The notes: generated by a model from the letters alone, not told the origin. DNA of 64,000 nt from an uncultured delta proteobacterium (GCA_963796055.1 CAWCKH010000003.1:64001-128000), one strand, 5' to 3'. Shown: positions 27,344-37,514, counted from the stretch's first letter. Made by a program: numbers and translations.

Positions 27344-29749
27344 GTGCATTTCTCCCCCCGGACACTGGAGGACCTCGCATTTCCAGAGGTCCTGGCCGCC
27401 CTCGGCCAGCGCTGCCGGACCGCGGCGGGGCGGAGCCGTGCGCTGGCCCGTTCATTCCTCGACGACGCCGCCGCCATCCGGGAATCGCTCGCCCGGCTGG
27501 ACGAGGCACGGGCGCTGCTCCAGGCCCAGCTCAGCCTCCCGCTGGGAGGGGTGGCCGACATCCGGGGCGCGGTGGAGCGCGCCGAGAAGAGCGGCATCCT
27601 CGAGCCCCGGGAGCTGACCGCCTGCGCCCAGACGCTGTTCGCCTTCAGCCGGACCCGCGAGGTCCTCCAGGAGCGCTCCGGGATGGCGCCCCGCCTCGCC
27701 TTCGTCGGCCAGCGGCTGCCCGACCTCGAGAAGCTGGCGGTGCGGCTCGACCGGTGCTTCGAGGCCGACGGGGAGATCTCCGAGCGGGCCAGCCCGGCGC
27801 TGAAGGAGGCCCGCGATCGGATCCGTGGGCTGCACCGGGCCATCAAGGCGCGGCTCGACGCCCTCCTCCACGACGAGCGCTTCCTGCTCCACCTGCGCGA
27901 GAACTACTACACGCTCCGGAACAACCGGTACGTGGTCCCGGTGCTGGCCCAGGCCCGCGCCGAGGTGCCGGGCATCGTCCACAACGCCAGCCAGTCCGGC
28001 CAGACGCTGTTCGTCGAGCCCGAGTCGCTGGTGGGCATCGGGAACGACCTGGCCATCGCCCAGTCGGTCGCGCTGGAGGAGGAGCGCCGGGTCCTTCAAG
28101 AACTGTCCGACGCGGTGGGCCGCGAGTCCGCCCGCATCCTGGAGGGGGTGGACGCGGCCGCCGAGCTCGACGAGGCCGAGGCGGCGGCACAGCTCGGGGC
28201 CGACCTCGACGCCTCCACGCCGGTGGTGGAGGAAGCGGACGGGCCGCTCATCCTCCTCCAGCTCCGTCACCCGCTGCTGGCGCTCCGCGGCCGCGCGGTG
28301 GTGGCCAACGACGTCCGCCTGGAGGGCGAGGTACGGGCACTGGTGGTGTCCGGCCCCAACGCCGGCGGGAAGACCGTCACCCTCACCGCAGTGGGGCTCT
28401 GCGCGGTGCTGCTCCGGGCCGGTCTGCAGGTCCCGGCCGCCCCCGGCTCCCGGCTGCCGCTCTTCACCTCGGTGCACTCGGCGGTGGGCGACGCGCAGGA
28501 CCTCGCCCAGGACCTGTCCACCTTCAGCGCCCATGTCCAGGAGCTGAAGCGCATCCTCGAGGGCGCCGGACCGGGGGCCCTGGCGCTCATCGACGAGATC
28601 GCCGCCGACACCGACCCACGCGAGGGAGCCGCTCTGGCCATCTCGGTGCTCGAGGAGCTCACCGGCCGCGGCCTCCGGGTGCTGGTGACCACCCACCTCG
28701 AGGAGCTGAAGGCCCTCACCCACGTGGACCGCCGCTTCCTCAACGCCCGGGTGGGCTTCGACAGCAAGCGGATGGCGCCCACCTACAAGCTGCAGCTCGG
28801 GGCCTCTGGCACCTCGTCCGCCCTCGACCTCGCCTCCCGGATGGGGCTCGCCCCGCACGTGGTGGACCGGGCCCGGGAGCTGGTGCGCAGCTCCGGAGGG
28901 CCGCTGGCCCAGGCGCTCGCCGCGGCGGAGGAGGAGCGACGGGCGCTCTCCGACGAGCTGGAGCGAGCCCGGGCGGCGACCGCCGCCGCCGAGGCCAGCG
29001 CGCGGGCCCTCGCCGCCGAGCGGTCCGAGTTCGCCGAGCAGCGCCGGGCCGAGGAGTCGGCGCACGCCGAGCGCCTCCGGGTCGAGTCGGAACGGGCGCT
29101 GGGCGAGGTCTCGTCCCAGCTCGCCGAGCTGCGGCAGCAGGCGTCGGTCGAACGCGCCGAGGCAGCACGGGCGGTGCTGGCCGCCCAGGCCGAGGCAGCG
29201 CGGGCCCGGGCCGAGGCACTGTCTCGGGAGAATACCCGGGCGACGCTCGCACCGGCGCCGGACACGCTGCGGGTGGGCGACGTGGTGCACCACCTCGGGC
29301 TACGCCGGGACGTCACGGTGCTCGAGCTCGCCGGTGACGAGGTGCTGGTCTCGGCGGGCGCGCTGAAGATGCGGGTACCCCGGACCGAGCTGGCCGGAGC
29401 CCGGGACGAGAAGCCGGTGAGCCGCTTCCCCACCTCGGACCGCGGCCGCACCTCGCTGGATCGCGCCACCCGGGCGGCTCCCGGAGCGCTCGAGGCCCCG
29501 GCGCTCCGGGTGGACGTGCGGGGGCTCCGCGCCGACGAGGCGGTGCGCGAGGTGGAGTCCTTCCTGGACCTGGCCTTCCGGAACGGCGACCCCGGGGTGC
29601 TGGTCCTGCACGGCCATGGCACCGGCGCGTTGAAGCAGGCCGTCCGTGAGTACCTGGAAGACTCGCCCTACGTCCGGATGTACCGTCCCGGGGAGAGCCA
29701 CGAAGGCGGGGACGGGGTGACGGTGGTCGGGTTGCGAGTGGACGAATGA
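27344..29749 (+). CDS. mutS2: Endonuclease MutS2
   Basis: SGQTLFVEP, SGPNAGGKT, LSTFSAH, DTDPREG, TTH, C-terminal Smr domain LHGHGTGALK..GGDGVT. Confidence 0.96.
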   Translation: MHFSPRTLEDLAFPEVLAALGQRCRTAAGRSRALARSFLDDAAAIRESLARLDEARALLQAQLSLPLGGVADIRGAVERAEKSGILEPRELTACAQTLFAFSRTREVLQERSGMAPRLAFVGQRLPDLEKLAVRLDRCFEADGEISERASPALKEARDRIRGLHRAIKARLDALLHDERFLLHLRENYYTLRNNRYVVPVLAQARAEVPGIVHNASQSGQTLFVEPESLVGIGNDLAIAQSVALEEERRVLQELSDAVGRESARILEGVDAAAELDEAEAAAQLGADLDASTPVVEEADGPLILLQLRHPLLALRGRAVVANDVRLEGEVRALVVSGPNAGGKTVTLTAVGLCAVLLRAGLQVPAAPGSRLPLFTSVHSAVGDAQDLAQDLSTFSAHVQELKRILEGAGPGALALIDEIAADTDPREGAALAISVLEELTGRGLRVLVTTHLEELKALTHVDRRFLNARVGFDSKRMAPTYKLQLGASGTSSALDLASRMGLAPHVVDRARELVRSSGGPLAQALAAAEEERRALSDELERARAATAAAEASARALAAERSEFAEQRRAEESAHAERLRVESERALGEVSSQLAELRQQASVERAEAARAVLAAQAEAARARAEALSRENTRATLAPAPDTLRVGDVVHHLGLRRDVTVLELAGDEVLVSAGALKMRVPRTELAGARDEKPVSRFPTSDRGRTSLDRATRAAPGALEAPALRVDVRGLRADEAVREVESFLDLAFRNGDPGVLVLHGHGTGALKQAVREYLEDSPYVRMYRPGESHEGGDGVTVVGLRVDE

Positions 29750-30582
29750 GCGCGCGCCCGGTCCCCTCGGTCCTGGCACTCGCGCTGGCGGCGTGCGGGT
29801 ACACCGGCAAGTCCATCGACGCCCACGCCCACTTCGAGTCGGAATCGGCGCCGGGGCGAATCCAGCCCAAGATTTCCGGCCGCCCCGACGTGCTCCTGGA
29901 GCAGATGGACCGCTCGGGGGTGGAGCGGGCGGTGCTGCTGGTCGTGCCCCCGACCCCCGACCTGATCGCCATCCGCGAGCTCCACGACCAGGTCGCCGCG
30001 GTGCTCCGTGCGCACCGCGGGCGCTTCTTCGCCGTCGGGGCGGTGCAGCCGTCGGACGGAGAGCCGGGGCTGCGCGAGCTGGAGCGCATCGCCGCCCTGG
30101 GCTACCGCGGGGTGAAGCTCTCGCCGTCGAAGCTCGAGCTGCAGACCCCCGAGGTGCAGGCCTTCGTCGCCCGTGCGACCGCGCTGAAGCTGGTGGTCTA
30201 CATCGAGGGCTGGTGGCCCGGCGCGGCGCACGAGACCGGGAAGCTGGCCCTCGCCTTCCCCCAGGGACGCTTCGTCCTGACCCACATGGGGGGCATCCGG
30301 TTCGACGACGTGCTCGTCTTCCGGCTGCTCGAGCTGTACCCCTTCTACCCCCGGAACGTCTGGTTCGACCTGTCGGCGGTCGCCCCGCTGTACGTGGACT
30401 CGCCGTACGCCGCGCAGCTCCGGTTCGTCTGCCGGTCGGTGGGGACGGACCGCGTTCTCTTCGGCTCGGACTTCCCGCTGACCAACCTCGACGCGGCACT
30501 GCGGGCGGTCAAGGGGATGGGGTTCAGCCGCCAGGAGGAGCAGGCCATCCTGCACGACAACGCCGAGGCGCTGTTCCGCTGA
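29746..30582 (+). CDS. Amidohydrolase_2 family protein, putative lipoprotein
   Basis: IDAHAH, RGVKL, LTHMGG, WFDLS, LFGSDFP, ILHDNA; lipobox LAAC; ATGA overlap with mutS2. Confidence 0.85.
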   Translation: MSARPVPSVLALALAACGYTGKSIDAHAHFESESAPGRIQPKISGRPDVLLEQMDRSGVERAVLLVVPPTPDLIAIRELHDQVAAVLRAHRGRFFAVGAVQPSDGEPGLRELERIAALGYRGVKLSPSKLELQTPEVQAFVARATALKLVVYIEGWWPGAAHETGKLALAFPQGRFVLTHMGGIRFDDVLVFRLLELYPFYPRNVWFDLSAVAPLYVDSPYAAQLRFVCRSVGTDRVLFGSDFPLTNLDAALRAVKGMGFSRQEEQAILHDNAEALFR

Positions 30583-30586
30583 GGAG

Positions 30587-33190
30587 TCAGCGCCGGCGGC
30601 GCTTGCCTGGACCGCTTCCCGCGCCGCCCCGACGTCCAGAGTCCGCCGGCCCACGCTGGCCTCGCCCTCCGTCGCGAGTGGCGTTCGGAGCACGACCGCC
30701 CGGACGTGACCCCGTGCCCGCCGCACCTCGTCGCTGCTGCGCGGCGAGTGCTCGCAGACGGTCGAAGCCGGGATGCGTCGAACCGCCCGGGACCGGAGCA
30801 TCGACCGCGGAGCTCTCCGGATGCCCGGTCTTCCGTGCATGCTTCCGGGCGCCCTGGCGCGACCCGGCGTCCTGCCCTCGCCGCCCGTCGTCGCCCTGCG
30901 CCTCGCCACCGCGCCGCTTTCCTGCGTGGTGCGCCGGCGCCGCGGCCCGCTCCGGACGTTGCTGGCGCTGGTTCCGCTCGGTGCGCTCCAGCTCGATCCG
31001 CTCCGCACCGCCGCGGCGGCGCGGCGGCCGCTCCCCGGCGAACGCCACCACGTCGAAGTCCATCTGCCGGCGCTGCACGTGGACGCTCGCCAGCCGCACC
31101 GTCAGCGCCTGGCCCACCTGCACCCGCCGCCCGCTCGGCCAGACCAGCGCGCCCACCACCAGCCGGTGCCCCGGCCCGAGGTCGTCGCCGCGAACCAGGC
31201 CCTCGACGTGCTCGGCATCCAGCTCGACGAAGAAGCCAAAATCGGTGAGCGAGGACACGGTCGCCGCGAACTCCTCGCCGACCCGATCCTCCATCAGCAG
31301 GCAGGCGTAGAGCGCGTTCACCTCGCGCTCGCACTTCATCGCCGCTCGCTCGCGCTCGGAGCTGTGCTCGGCCATCCGCCGCAGCTCTTCCGTCTCCCGC
31401 TCGACGTCGCGCTCGGAACGCCCCCGCTGGCTCCGTTCCCAGTGCGCGCGGAGCAGCCGGTGCACGAGGAGGTCCGGGTACCGCCGGATGGGCGAGGTGA
31501 AGTGCAGGTACTCCTCCGCGCCCAGGCCGTAGTGGCCGACCTCGTCCGGGGAGTAGACGGCCTGCATCATCGACCGGAGCAGCAGCTGGTTCAGCGCCCG
31601 CTGACCCGGGTGCCCCACCAGACTGCGCATGAAGAGGTTCAGCTCGCGCGAGGTCGGCTCGCCCTTGCCCGGCACGGTGAAGCCGTGCGCCCGGGCCAGC
31701 TCGGCGAAGACGGCGAGCTTGTCCGGGTCCGGTTCGCCGTGGAACCGGTACACGGAGGGCAGCCCCCGCTCCTGGAAGTACGCCGCCACCGCCTCGTTCG
31801 CGGCCAGCATGCAGTCCTCGACGATGCGGTGGCTCTCCAGCCGCTCGCGCCGCACCATCCGGACCGGCCGGCCCTGGTCGTCGAGCTCGGGGCGGGTCTC
31901 CGGGAGGTCGAAGTCGATGGCCCCGCGCTGCTCGCGGACCTTCCGCAAGGTCCGGCCCAGGCGCTGCAACCGCTGGAAGAGCGGCCGGAACCGGTCGCGG
32001 TCGGGAACCGGGTGCCCGTCCATCACCCGCTGGACCTCCTCGTACGTGCAGCGGGCCGCGCTCCGCATCACCGCGGGGGAGATGTCGCTCTCCGTCCGCC
32101 GGCCCTCGCGATCGAACACCATCTCCGCCACCAGGCAGAGGCGGTCCTCGTGCGGCCGCAGCGAGCAGATGCCGTTGGACAGCCGTTCGGGCAGCATCGG
32201 CAGGACCCGGTCCGGCAGGTAGACCGAGGTCCCCCGCCGGAACGCCTCGGCGTCCAGCGCCGAGCCCGGCCGCACGTAGTGGCTCACGTCGGCGATGGCC
32301 ACCCAGAGCCGGGTGGCGCCGCCGGGCTCGTCCTCGGCGTAGACCGCGTCGTCGAAGTCGCGCGCGTCCGCGCCATCGATCGTCACCAGCGAGAGCCCGC
32401 GCAGGTCCTTCCGACCTCCCTCGTGGACCTCGGTGGCCGGCACGTGCAGCGGCACCCGGTCTGCCTCGTCCATCACCTCGGGCGGGAAGGCCTCGGAGAA
32501 CCCCTGGCCAAAGACGATGGCCAGAACGTCCTGCGACGGGTCACCCGGCCGGCCGAGCGAGCCGGTGACCTCGCCCACCAGCCCCCCCGGGGGCAGGAGG
32601 TCCGCCCCCACCCCGAGCCGCACGGTCACCACGTCGCCGTCGCGGGCAAGCTGCGTGCGCGGGACCCGGACCGGCCCCGGCAGGGACGCATCGTTCGGCC
32701 GGACCAGGGCCTCGTTCCCGCCACGCTCGACGTAGATCCCGACCAGCGCCTCCCGCTGCCGGAGGACCACGCCCACGATGCGTCCTTCCGAGCGCCCGCG
32801 GGCGGTCACGAACTCCACCTTGACCCGGTCCCCGTCGAGCGCGCGCCGCGCCTCGTGCGGCGGCACGAAGATGTCATCCTCGGTGCCCACGTCGACGAAG
32901 CCGAAGCCGTCGCGGTGCACGCTGAGCGTGCCCTCGAGCACCTTGCGCCCCCGTGCCGACGGCGCCTGCCGCGGACCGTCCCTGGTCTCCGTGTGCCGCC
33001 CTTGAATCGAGAAGCGCTCGCCCGAGCGCTCGACGCGGCCCTGCTTCACCAGGGCCTGCATCGCCCGCTTCACCTCGGTGCGCTGGGCGCCGTGCAGCCC
33101 GGAGGCGCGGAGCAGCTCCGCCACCCCGAGCGGGTGGTCGGCCTTCTCCAGGGTCCGGAGGAGGACCGAGCTGTCGACCCGTGCTGCCAT
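30587..33190 (-). CDS. rnr: Ribonuclease R
   Basis: HRDGFGF, TIDGADARDFDDA, AIADVSHYV, HFTSPIRRYPDL, S1 domain, basic tail. Confidence 0.96.
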   Translation of the reverse strand: MAARVDSSVLLRTLEKADHPLGVAELLRASGLHGAQRTEVKRAMQALVKQGRVERSGERFSIQGRHTETRDGPRQAPSARGRKVLEGTLSVHRDGFGFVDVGTEDDIFVPPHEARRALDGDRVKVEFVTARGRSEGRIVGVVLRQREALVGIYVERGGNEALVRPNDASLPGPVRVPRTQLARDGDVVTVRLGVGADLLPPGGLVGEVTGSLGRPGDPSQDVLAIVFGQGFSEAFPPEVMDEADRVPLHVPATEVHEGGRKDLRGLSLVTIDGADARDFDDAVYAEDEPGGATRLWVAIADVSHYVRPGSALDAEAFRRGTSVYLPDRVLPMLPERLSNGICSLRPHEDRLCLVAEMVFDREGRRTESDISPAVMRSAARCTYEEVQRVMDGHPVPDRDRFRPLFQRLQRLGRTLRKVREQRGAIDFDLPETRPELDDQGRPVRMVRRERLESHRIVEDCMLAANEAVAAYFQERGLPSVYRFHGEPDPDKLAVFAELARAHGFTVPGKGEPTSRELNLFMRSLVGHPGQRALNQLLLRSMMQAVYSPDEVGHYGLGAEEYLHFTSPIRRYPDLLVHRLLRAHWERSQRGRSERDVERETEELRRMAEHSSERERAAMKCEREVNALYACLLMEDRVGEEFAATVSSLTDFGFFVELDAEHVEGLVRGDDLGPGHRLVVGALVWPSGRRVQVGQALTVRLASVHVQRRQMDFDVVAFAGERPPRRRGGAERIELERTERNQRQQRPERAAAPAHHAGKRRGGEAQGDDGRRGQDAGSRQGARKHARKTGHPESSAVDAPVPGGSTHPGFDRLRALAAQQRRGAAGTGSRPGGRAPNATRDGGRGQRGPADSGRRGGAGSGPGKRRRR

Positions 33191-33214
33191 GAGAGTTGCT
33201 CCTCGCCCCCGGGC

Positions 33215-34456
33215 TCAGGCCCGGACGGCGACGGTCAGCCGCTGCGTCTTCGCCACCTGCGAGGGGGCGAACACCTTGGCAAGGAAGAAGTCCACCTCGT
33301 ACTGGCCGGGGTTGCGTGGAGTGAAGAAGAACTCGCGGGTCCCCGCCCCGCTCGGCGCGGCGATGAAGTTCGCCTCGCGCAGGCCGACCCGCTTGGCCAC
33401 CGTGGGCTCGACCGCCCAGGTATAGCCAGCCCGCTCGGGGATGCGCACCGCCAGCGCCTGGCCGATGCGGATCTCCAGAGGCACGCCCTCGTCGGCAACG
33501 CCCTCCAGCTCCAGCACCTCCAGCGCATCGCGGGACATGCTGCGGGTGTCCGCCGGACGGATCTCGGCGTTCTCCACCTCGATGGTCCCGCCCCAGCCGG
33601 ACTCCTTGTGCACCACCCCGGTCACCTGGACCGGCTGGCCCATGTTCTTGCGGAAGCTCTTGGGCATCTTGCCGCCGAGGCGGAAGGTGACTTGTTGCCG
33701 GGTACCGGCGTTGGAGACCACCAGGATGAAGTCCTCGCCCGACAGCTCCAGCGCTCCTCGCACGCTGCCGAAGCCGCGCATGCCCGCCCCCATTCCGGCG
33801 CTGCCGATCTGCTCCACCTCCCCGGGCGACAGGTAACGGAGCTTCTCGACCTGCGGAACCTCGGCCGGCTCGGCGTCCGCGCGCTTGGCGGCGTACTTCC
33901 GGACGTCGACGGTGCCGCCGTAGTTGTGCGTCTTCTTGATGAGCCCGGTGACGCTGACCTTGTGGTCCACATAGGCCGGCAGCACCTCCTGGTCCGGTCC
34001 CTGGAGCAGGAAGACCAGCTCGCGCTTGTCGCGGCCGATGACGTGCAGGTACGGCAGGGCGTCCTTCACCACCAGCCGGCCCTTGAGGCTGCCTTCCCCG
34101 GCCACGCCGCGACCGGCGGCCGGGGTGAGGATCTGCTCGAGCTCGCGCTTGGTGAGCGGCTCACCGACGGGGGGAAGCTTGGTGGCGCGCGGGCGCGGCT
34201 TCTCGGGGGCGCGCAGCGCGACCGGCGCCGGGACCGCCTTGGGCGCCGGACGCGCAGGATGCGCAGGATGCTTCGCTGCGGTCTTGGCGGGCTTCGACGC
34301 CGTCTTGGAGGGACTCTTGGTCGCCGACTTCACCAGCTTGGCAGCAGCCTTGGCGACCTTGGCCGATGCCTTCTTCAGGAGCCCCAGACGGGCCTCGTTC
34401 TTTCGTGAGCCAGGCTTTGCCGCGCCGGACTTCGTCTTGGGCTTGGGCTTCGCCAC
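33215..34456 (-). CDS. Hypothetical protein: Lys/Ala/Pro-rich N-terminus, duplicated beta domain, C-terminal I42 (chagasin-like) Ig domain
   Basis: GTG at 34456; internal duplication; C-terminal GQALAVRIPE..GYTW..GAGTREFFF..PGQYEVDF pattern. Confidence 0.7.
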   Translation of the reverse strand: MAKPKPKTKSGAAKPGSRKNEARLGLLKKASAKVAKAAAKLVKSATKSPSKTASKPAKTAAKHPAHPARPAPKAVPAPVALRAPEKPRPRATKLPPVGEPLTKRELEQILTPAAGRGVAGEGSLKGRLVVKDALPYLHVIGRDKRELVFLLQGPDQEVLPAYVDHKVSVTGLIKKTHNYGGTVDVRKYAAKRADAEPAEVPQVEKLRYLSPGEVEQIGSAGMGAGMRGFGSVRGALELSGEDFILVVSNAGTRQQVTFRLGGKMPKSFRKNMGQPVQVTGVVHKESGWGGTIEVENAEIRPADTRSMSRDALEVLELEGVADEGVPLEIRIGQALAVRIPERAGYTWAVEPTVAKRVGLREANFIAAPSGAGTREFFFTPRNPGQYEVDFFLAKVFAPSQVAKTQRLTVAVRA

Positions 34457-34472
34457 GGTGGATGTGCAGCGG

Positions 34473-34501
34473 CACATAACGCCCGCCGCACACACTGTCA
34501 A
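34473..34501 (-). promoter_or_regulatory. Putative sigma70 promoter for the hypothetical-rnr operon
   Basis: TTGACA (34501-34496), 17-bp spacer, TATGTG (34478-34473), in an AT-enriched divergent gap. Confidence 0.55.
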
Positions 34502-34556
34502 CCGTAAACCCCTCAAAGAATTGAGAATTCGGAGCCTTCGCGCTACGAGAGGGTGG

Positions 34557-35783
34557 ATGCCCGAGCTGCCGCCGCTGCCTGCCCCGGAGGCCCAGGACCG
34601 CATCCTCCAGGATCTCGTGCCGCTGCCCGAGGTCTGGGTGCCGCTCGAGGAGGCGCTCGGGTTCGGGCTCACCAGCGACGTGCAGGCCCGCCGCACGCAG
34701 CCGCCCTGGGACAACTCGGCGATGGACGGGTACGCGGTGCGGAGCGCGGATGCGGCGCGCACGCCGGTGACGCTGGACGTGGTGGGGGTCATCCACGCGG
34801 GCGACCAGCCCACGCGGGCGGTGGGTCCCGGCGAGGCGGTGCGCATCATGACCGGAGCCCCGATGCCGCCCGGGGCGGATGCGGTGGTGATGCAGGAGCG
34901 GACCCGCGCCATTCCCGGTCCGGGGCTGGGGCAGGTGGAAGTCCAGGAGGCGGTCACCGTCCGTCAGAACGTGCGCGACGCCGGGGAGGACGCACGCGCG
35001 GGCGAGGTGCTCCTCCCCGCGGGCACGGTGCTCGGCATCCCGGAGCTGGCCCTGCTCGCCGGCCAGGGGATGACGTCGGTACGCGTTCCGCGGCGCCCGA
35101 GCGTCGCCATCCTCGCCACGGGCGACGAGCTGTGCCGGCCGGACGAGGAGCCCGCTGGACGCATCGTGGACACCAACTCGGTGGCGATCGCGCTCGGCGT
35201 CCGGCGTGCCGGGGGCATCCCCCACGTGCTCGGCATCGCCCGCGACCGCCCGGACGACGTGGAGCGGCTCATCGCCGCGGCGCTCGGCCACGACGTGGTG
35301 CTGACCTCGGCCGGCGCCTCGGTGGGCGAGCACGACCATGTGCGCCCCGCGCTGGAGCGGCTCGGGGTGGCCATGGATTTCTGGCGGGTCGCCATCCGAC
35401 CCGGAAAGCCGCTGGCGTTCGGACGGCGCGGGCGAACCCGCATCTTCGCGCTGCCAGGCAACCCCACGTCGTCGCTGGTCACCTTCGAGCTCTTCGTCCG
35501 GCCGGCGCTGCTCCGCCTGGTCGGGCGGCGGTCTCCCCTCCCTGTCCCGGTCCAGGCCCGGAGCGGCGTCGACCTCAAGAAGAACAAGGGGTTGGCTCAC
35601 TTCATCCGGGTGGTACTTTCCTGGCGTGAGGGTGAGCCCTGGGCCGACCCCCTACCCACGCAGACGTCGGGTGCGGTCCGGTCGGCGGTCTCGGCGACGC
35701 ATCTCCTGCACTTTCCGATGGATGCGATGAGTGTCCGGCGGGGGGACCCCGTCGAACTTTTGCCAGTGGGCTGGGGCCCATAG
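34557..35783 (+). CDS. moeA: Molybdopterin molybdotransferase MoeA
   Basis: NSAMDGYAV, RIMTGAPMPPGADAVVMQE, ATGDEL, GASVGEHD, IRPGKP, LPGNP. Confidence 0.96.
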   Translation: MPELPPLPAPEAQDRILQDLVPLPEVWVPLEEALGFGLTSDVQARRTQPPWDNSAMDGYAVRSADAARTPVTLDVVGVIHAGDQPTRAVGPGEAVRIMTGAPMPPGADAVVMQERTRAIPGPGLGQVEVQEAVTVRQNVRDAGEDARAGEVLLPAGTVLGIPELALLAGQGMTSVRVPRRPSVAILATGDELCRPDEEPAGRIVDTNSVAIALGVRRAGGIPHVLGIARDRPDDVERLIAAALGHDVVLTSAGASVGEHDHVRPALERLGVAMDFWRVAIRPGKPLAFGRRGRTRIFALPGNPTSSLVTFELFVRPALLRLVGRRSPLPVPVQARSGVDLKKNKGLAHFIRVVLSWREGEPWADPLPTQTSGAVRSAVSATHLLHFPMDAMSVRRGDPVELLPVGWGP

Positions 35784-35808
35784 CAACGATGGCCCCGACC
35801 GAGCATCA

Positions 35809-36513
35809 ATGACAGTAGAAACGACGTCCAGATCGGGAGCACCGAGTCCTTCTGCCATGTCCAGCCTCTCGCCCCAGCCATTGACCCGACGCAGCCACGT
35901 CGTGGAGCTCTACTCGGAGGCACCGCTCCCGACCGCTCGGGGCAACTTCCGGGTGGTGGTGTTTCGCGACCGCCGGAACCAGAACGAGCACGTGGCGATG
36001 GTGATGGGCGAGGTGTTCGGCCAGGAGGGCGTGCTGGTCCGCGTTCACTCGGAGTGTCTCACCAGCGAGGTGCTGGGCAGCCTCAAGTGTGACTGTCGTC
36101 AACAGCTGGACCGGGCACTCGACCTGGTCGCGACGCGCGGGCGAGGCGTGGTGCTGTACCTCCGGCAGGAGGGCCGGGGCATCGGCCTGGGAGACAAGAT
36201 CAAGGCGTATGCGCTGCAGGCGCGGGGGCTGGACACCTACGAGGCCAACCGCGAGCTCGGCTTCCCGGACGATCTGCGGACGTACGACGTGGCGGCGGAC
36301 ATGCTCCGGCTGCTCGGCGTTCGCAGCGTGGATCTGATCACCAACAACCCGCTGAAGATCGCGGGGCTGGTGGAGGAAGGAATCCCGGTACGGGGTCGAA
36401 TCCCCTCCCCCGCAGCGCACAATCCGCATAACGTGGACTACTTGCGCACCAAGCGTGAGCGCACGGGACATCTGATTGAGCTCTTCGGGGAGGACGCGGC
36501 GAAGGCCGGCTGA
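35809..36513 (+). CDS. ribA: GTP cyclohydrolase II
   Basis: VRVHSECLTSEVLGSLKCDC, YLRQEGRGIGL, LITNNP.K, YLRTK..GH; start could be 35857. Confidence 0.95.
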   Translation: MTVETTSRSGAPSPSAMSSLSPQPLTRRSHVVELYSEAPLPTARGNFRVVVFRDRRNQNEHVAMVMGEVFGQEGVLVRVHSECLTSEVLGSLKCDCRQQLDRALDLVATRGRGVVLYLRQEGRGIGLGDKIKAYALQARGLDTYEANRELGFPDDLRTYDVAADMLRLLGVRSVDLITNNPLKIAGLVEEGIPVRGRIPSPAAHNPHNVDYLRTKRERTGHLIELFGEDAAKAG

Positions 36514-37357
36514 CGCACGCACCCCCGCGGACCGGTTCGAGGTCACGTTCTGGGGCGTGCGGGGGTCGGTCCCCGCGCCTGGTGCAGCAACCCAGCGGTA
36601 CGGCGGGAACACGCCCTGCGTAGAGGTGCGCGCCGGCGAGCGGCGCATCATCCTCGACGCCGGCTCGGGCATCCGCAGGCTGGGCGAGCGCCTCCGGGAC
36701 GGCGGCGGTCCGGTGGAGGCCGACGTGCTGCTCTCGCACTACCACTACGATCATCTCCAAGGCCTTCCGTTCTTCGCCCCGCTGGCCGAGCCGGGGAATC
36801 GCTTCGTCTTCCACGGCCCGCGGCGCGAGGGCAGGAGCGTGCAGGACGTGCTCGAGGGGCAGATGGCGCCCCCGTACTTCCCGGTGACCCTGGACCAGCT
36901 CGCCCGCGCGCGGATCGAGTTCCGGAGCATCGAGCCCGGCGAGCCGTTCACCATCGGCCCGGTGCGGGTGACCTCCGCGGAGCTGGACCATCCCGGCGGA
37001 AACCTCGGGTACCGGCTGGAGTTCGCCGGGCGCTCGCTGGTCTACGCGACCGACGTGGAGCACACCGACACCCCGGCCGAGGCGCTGGTGGAGCTGGCCC
37101 GGGGCGCGCACTTGCTGCTCCACGACGCGATGTACACCGGGCCAGAATACGAGGCCCGGCGCGGTTGGGGCCACAGCACCTGGAACGGCGCACTGGCGAC
37201 GGCGAAGGCCGCGAAGGTGAAGCGCCTGGTGCTGTTCCATCACGACCCCGAACGCAACGATCGGGCGCTGGACGCGCTGCTCTGGCAGGCGCGGAGCAGG
37301 TTCCCCCGGACGACGGCTGCGCGGGAGCGGCAGACGATCCGGATCCCGCGCGGCTGA
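36476..37357 (+). CDS. MBL-fold metallo-hydrolase
   Basis: FWGVRGS, YGGNTPC, DAGSG, SHYHYDHLQG, HPGG, TDVEH, GWGHS, LFHHDP; start (TTG 36476) uncertain. Confidence 0.88.
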   Translation: MSSSGRTRRRPADARTPADRFEVTFWGVRGSVPAPGAATQRYGGNTPCVEVRAGERRIILDAGSGIRRLGERLRDGGGPVEADVLLSHYHYDHLQGLPFFAPLAEPGNRFVFHGPRREGRSVQDVLEGQMAPPYFPVTLDQLARARIEFRSIEPGEPFTIGPVRVTSAELDHPGGNLGYRLEFAGRSLVYATDVEHTDTPAEALVELARGAHLLLHDAMYTGPEYEARRGWGHSTWNGALATAKAAKVKRLVLFHHDPERNDRALDALLWQARSRFPRTTAARERQTIRIPRG

Positions 37358-37388
37358 TTCCGGCGGTTCCTCCCCGCTGGAATGAGTC

Positions 37389-37514
37389 TCAGCGCCAGTG
37401 AGCGGCTGTGCGCGAAACCGCCCGGCGAACTGCCCGCTTCAGTCCAGCGAAGAGTAGCAGCCGCAGCGCCTCGTCGACGCTCACCCGCTCCGCGGAATCG
37501 TGCTCGGGGCCGGG
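37389..37514 (-). pseudogene. Orphan diverged copy of the last ~41 codons of the lipB-NUDIX gene
   Basis: PGPEHDSAERVSVDEALRLLLFAGLKRAVRRAVSRTAAHWR* versus PGPEHDAAEWVGVDEAVRRLPFAGLKRAVRRAVSRTESGAWR* at 38129-38257. Confidence 0.85.

Noticed and set aside
30773..34408. Very long alternative-frame and antisense ORFs (also 5256-9086, 16442-19675, 17067-19439 and others)
   Set aside because: Shadow ORFs of high-GC genes: Arg/Pro/Gly-rich, no motifs, overlapping well-supported CDSs
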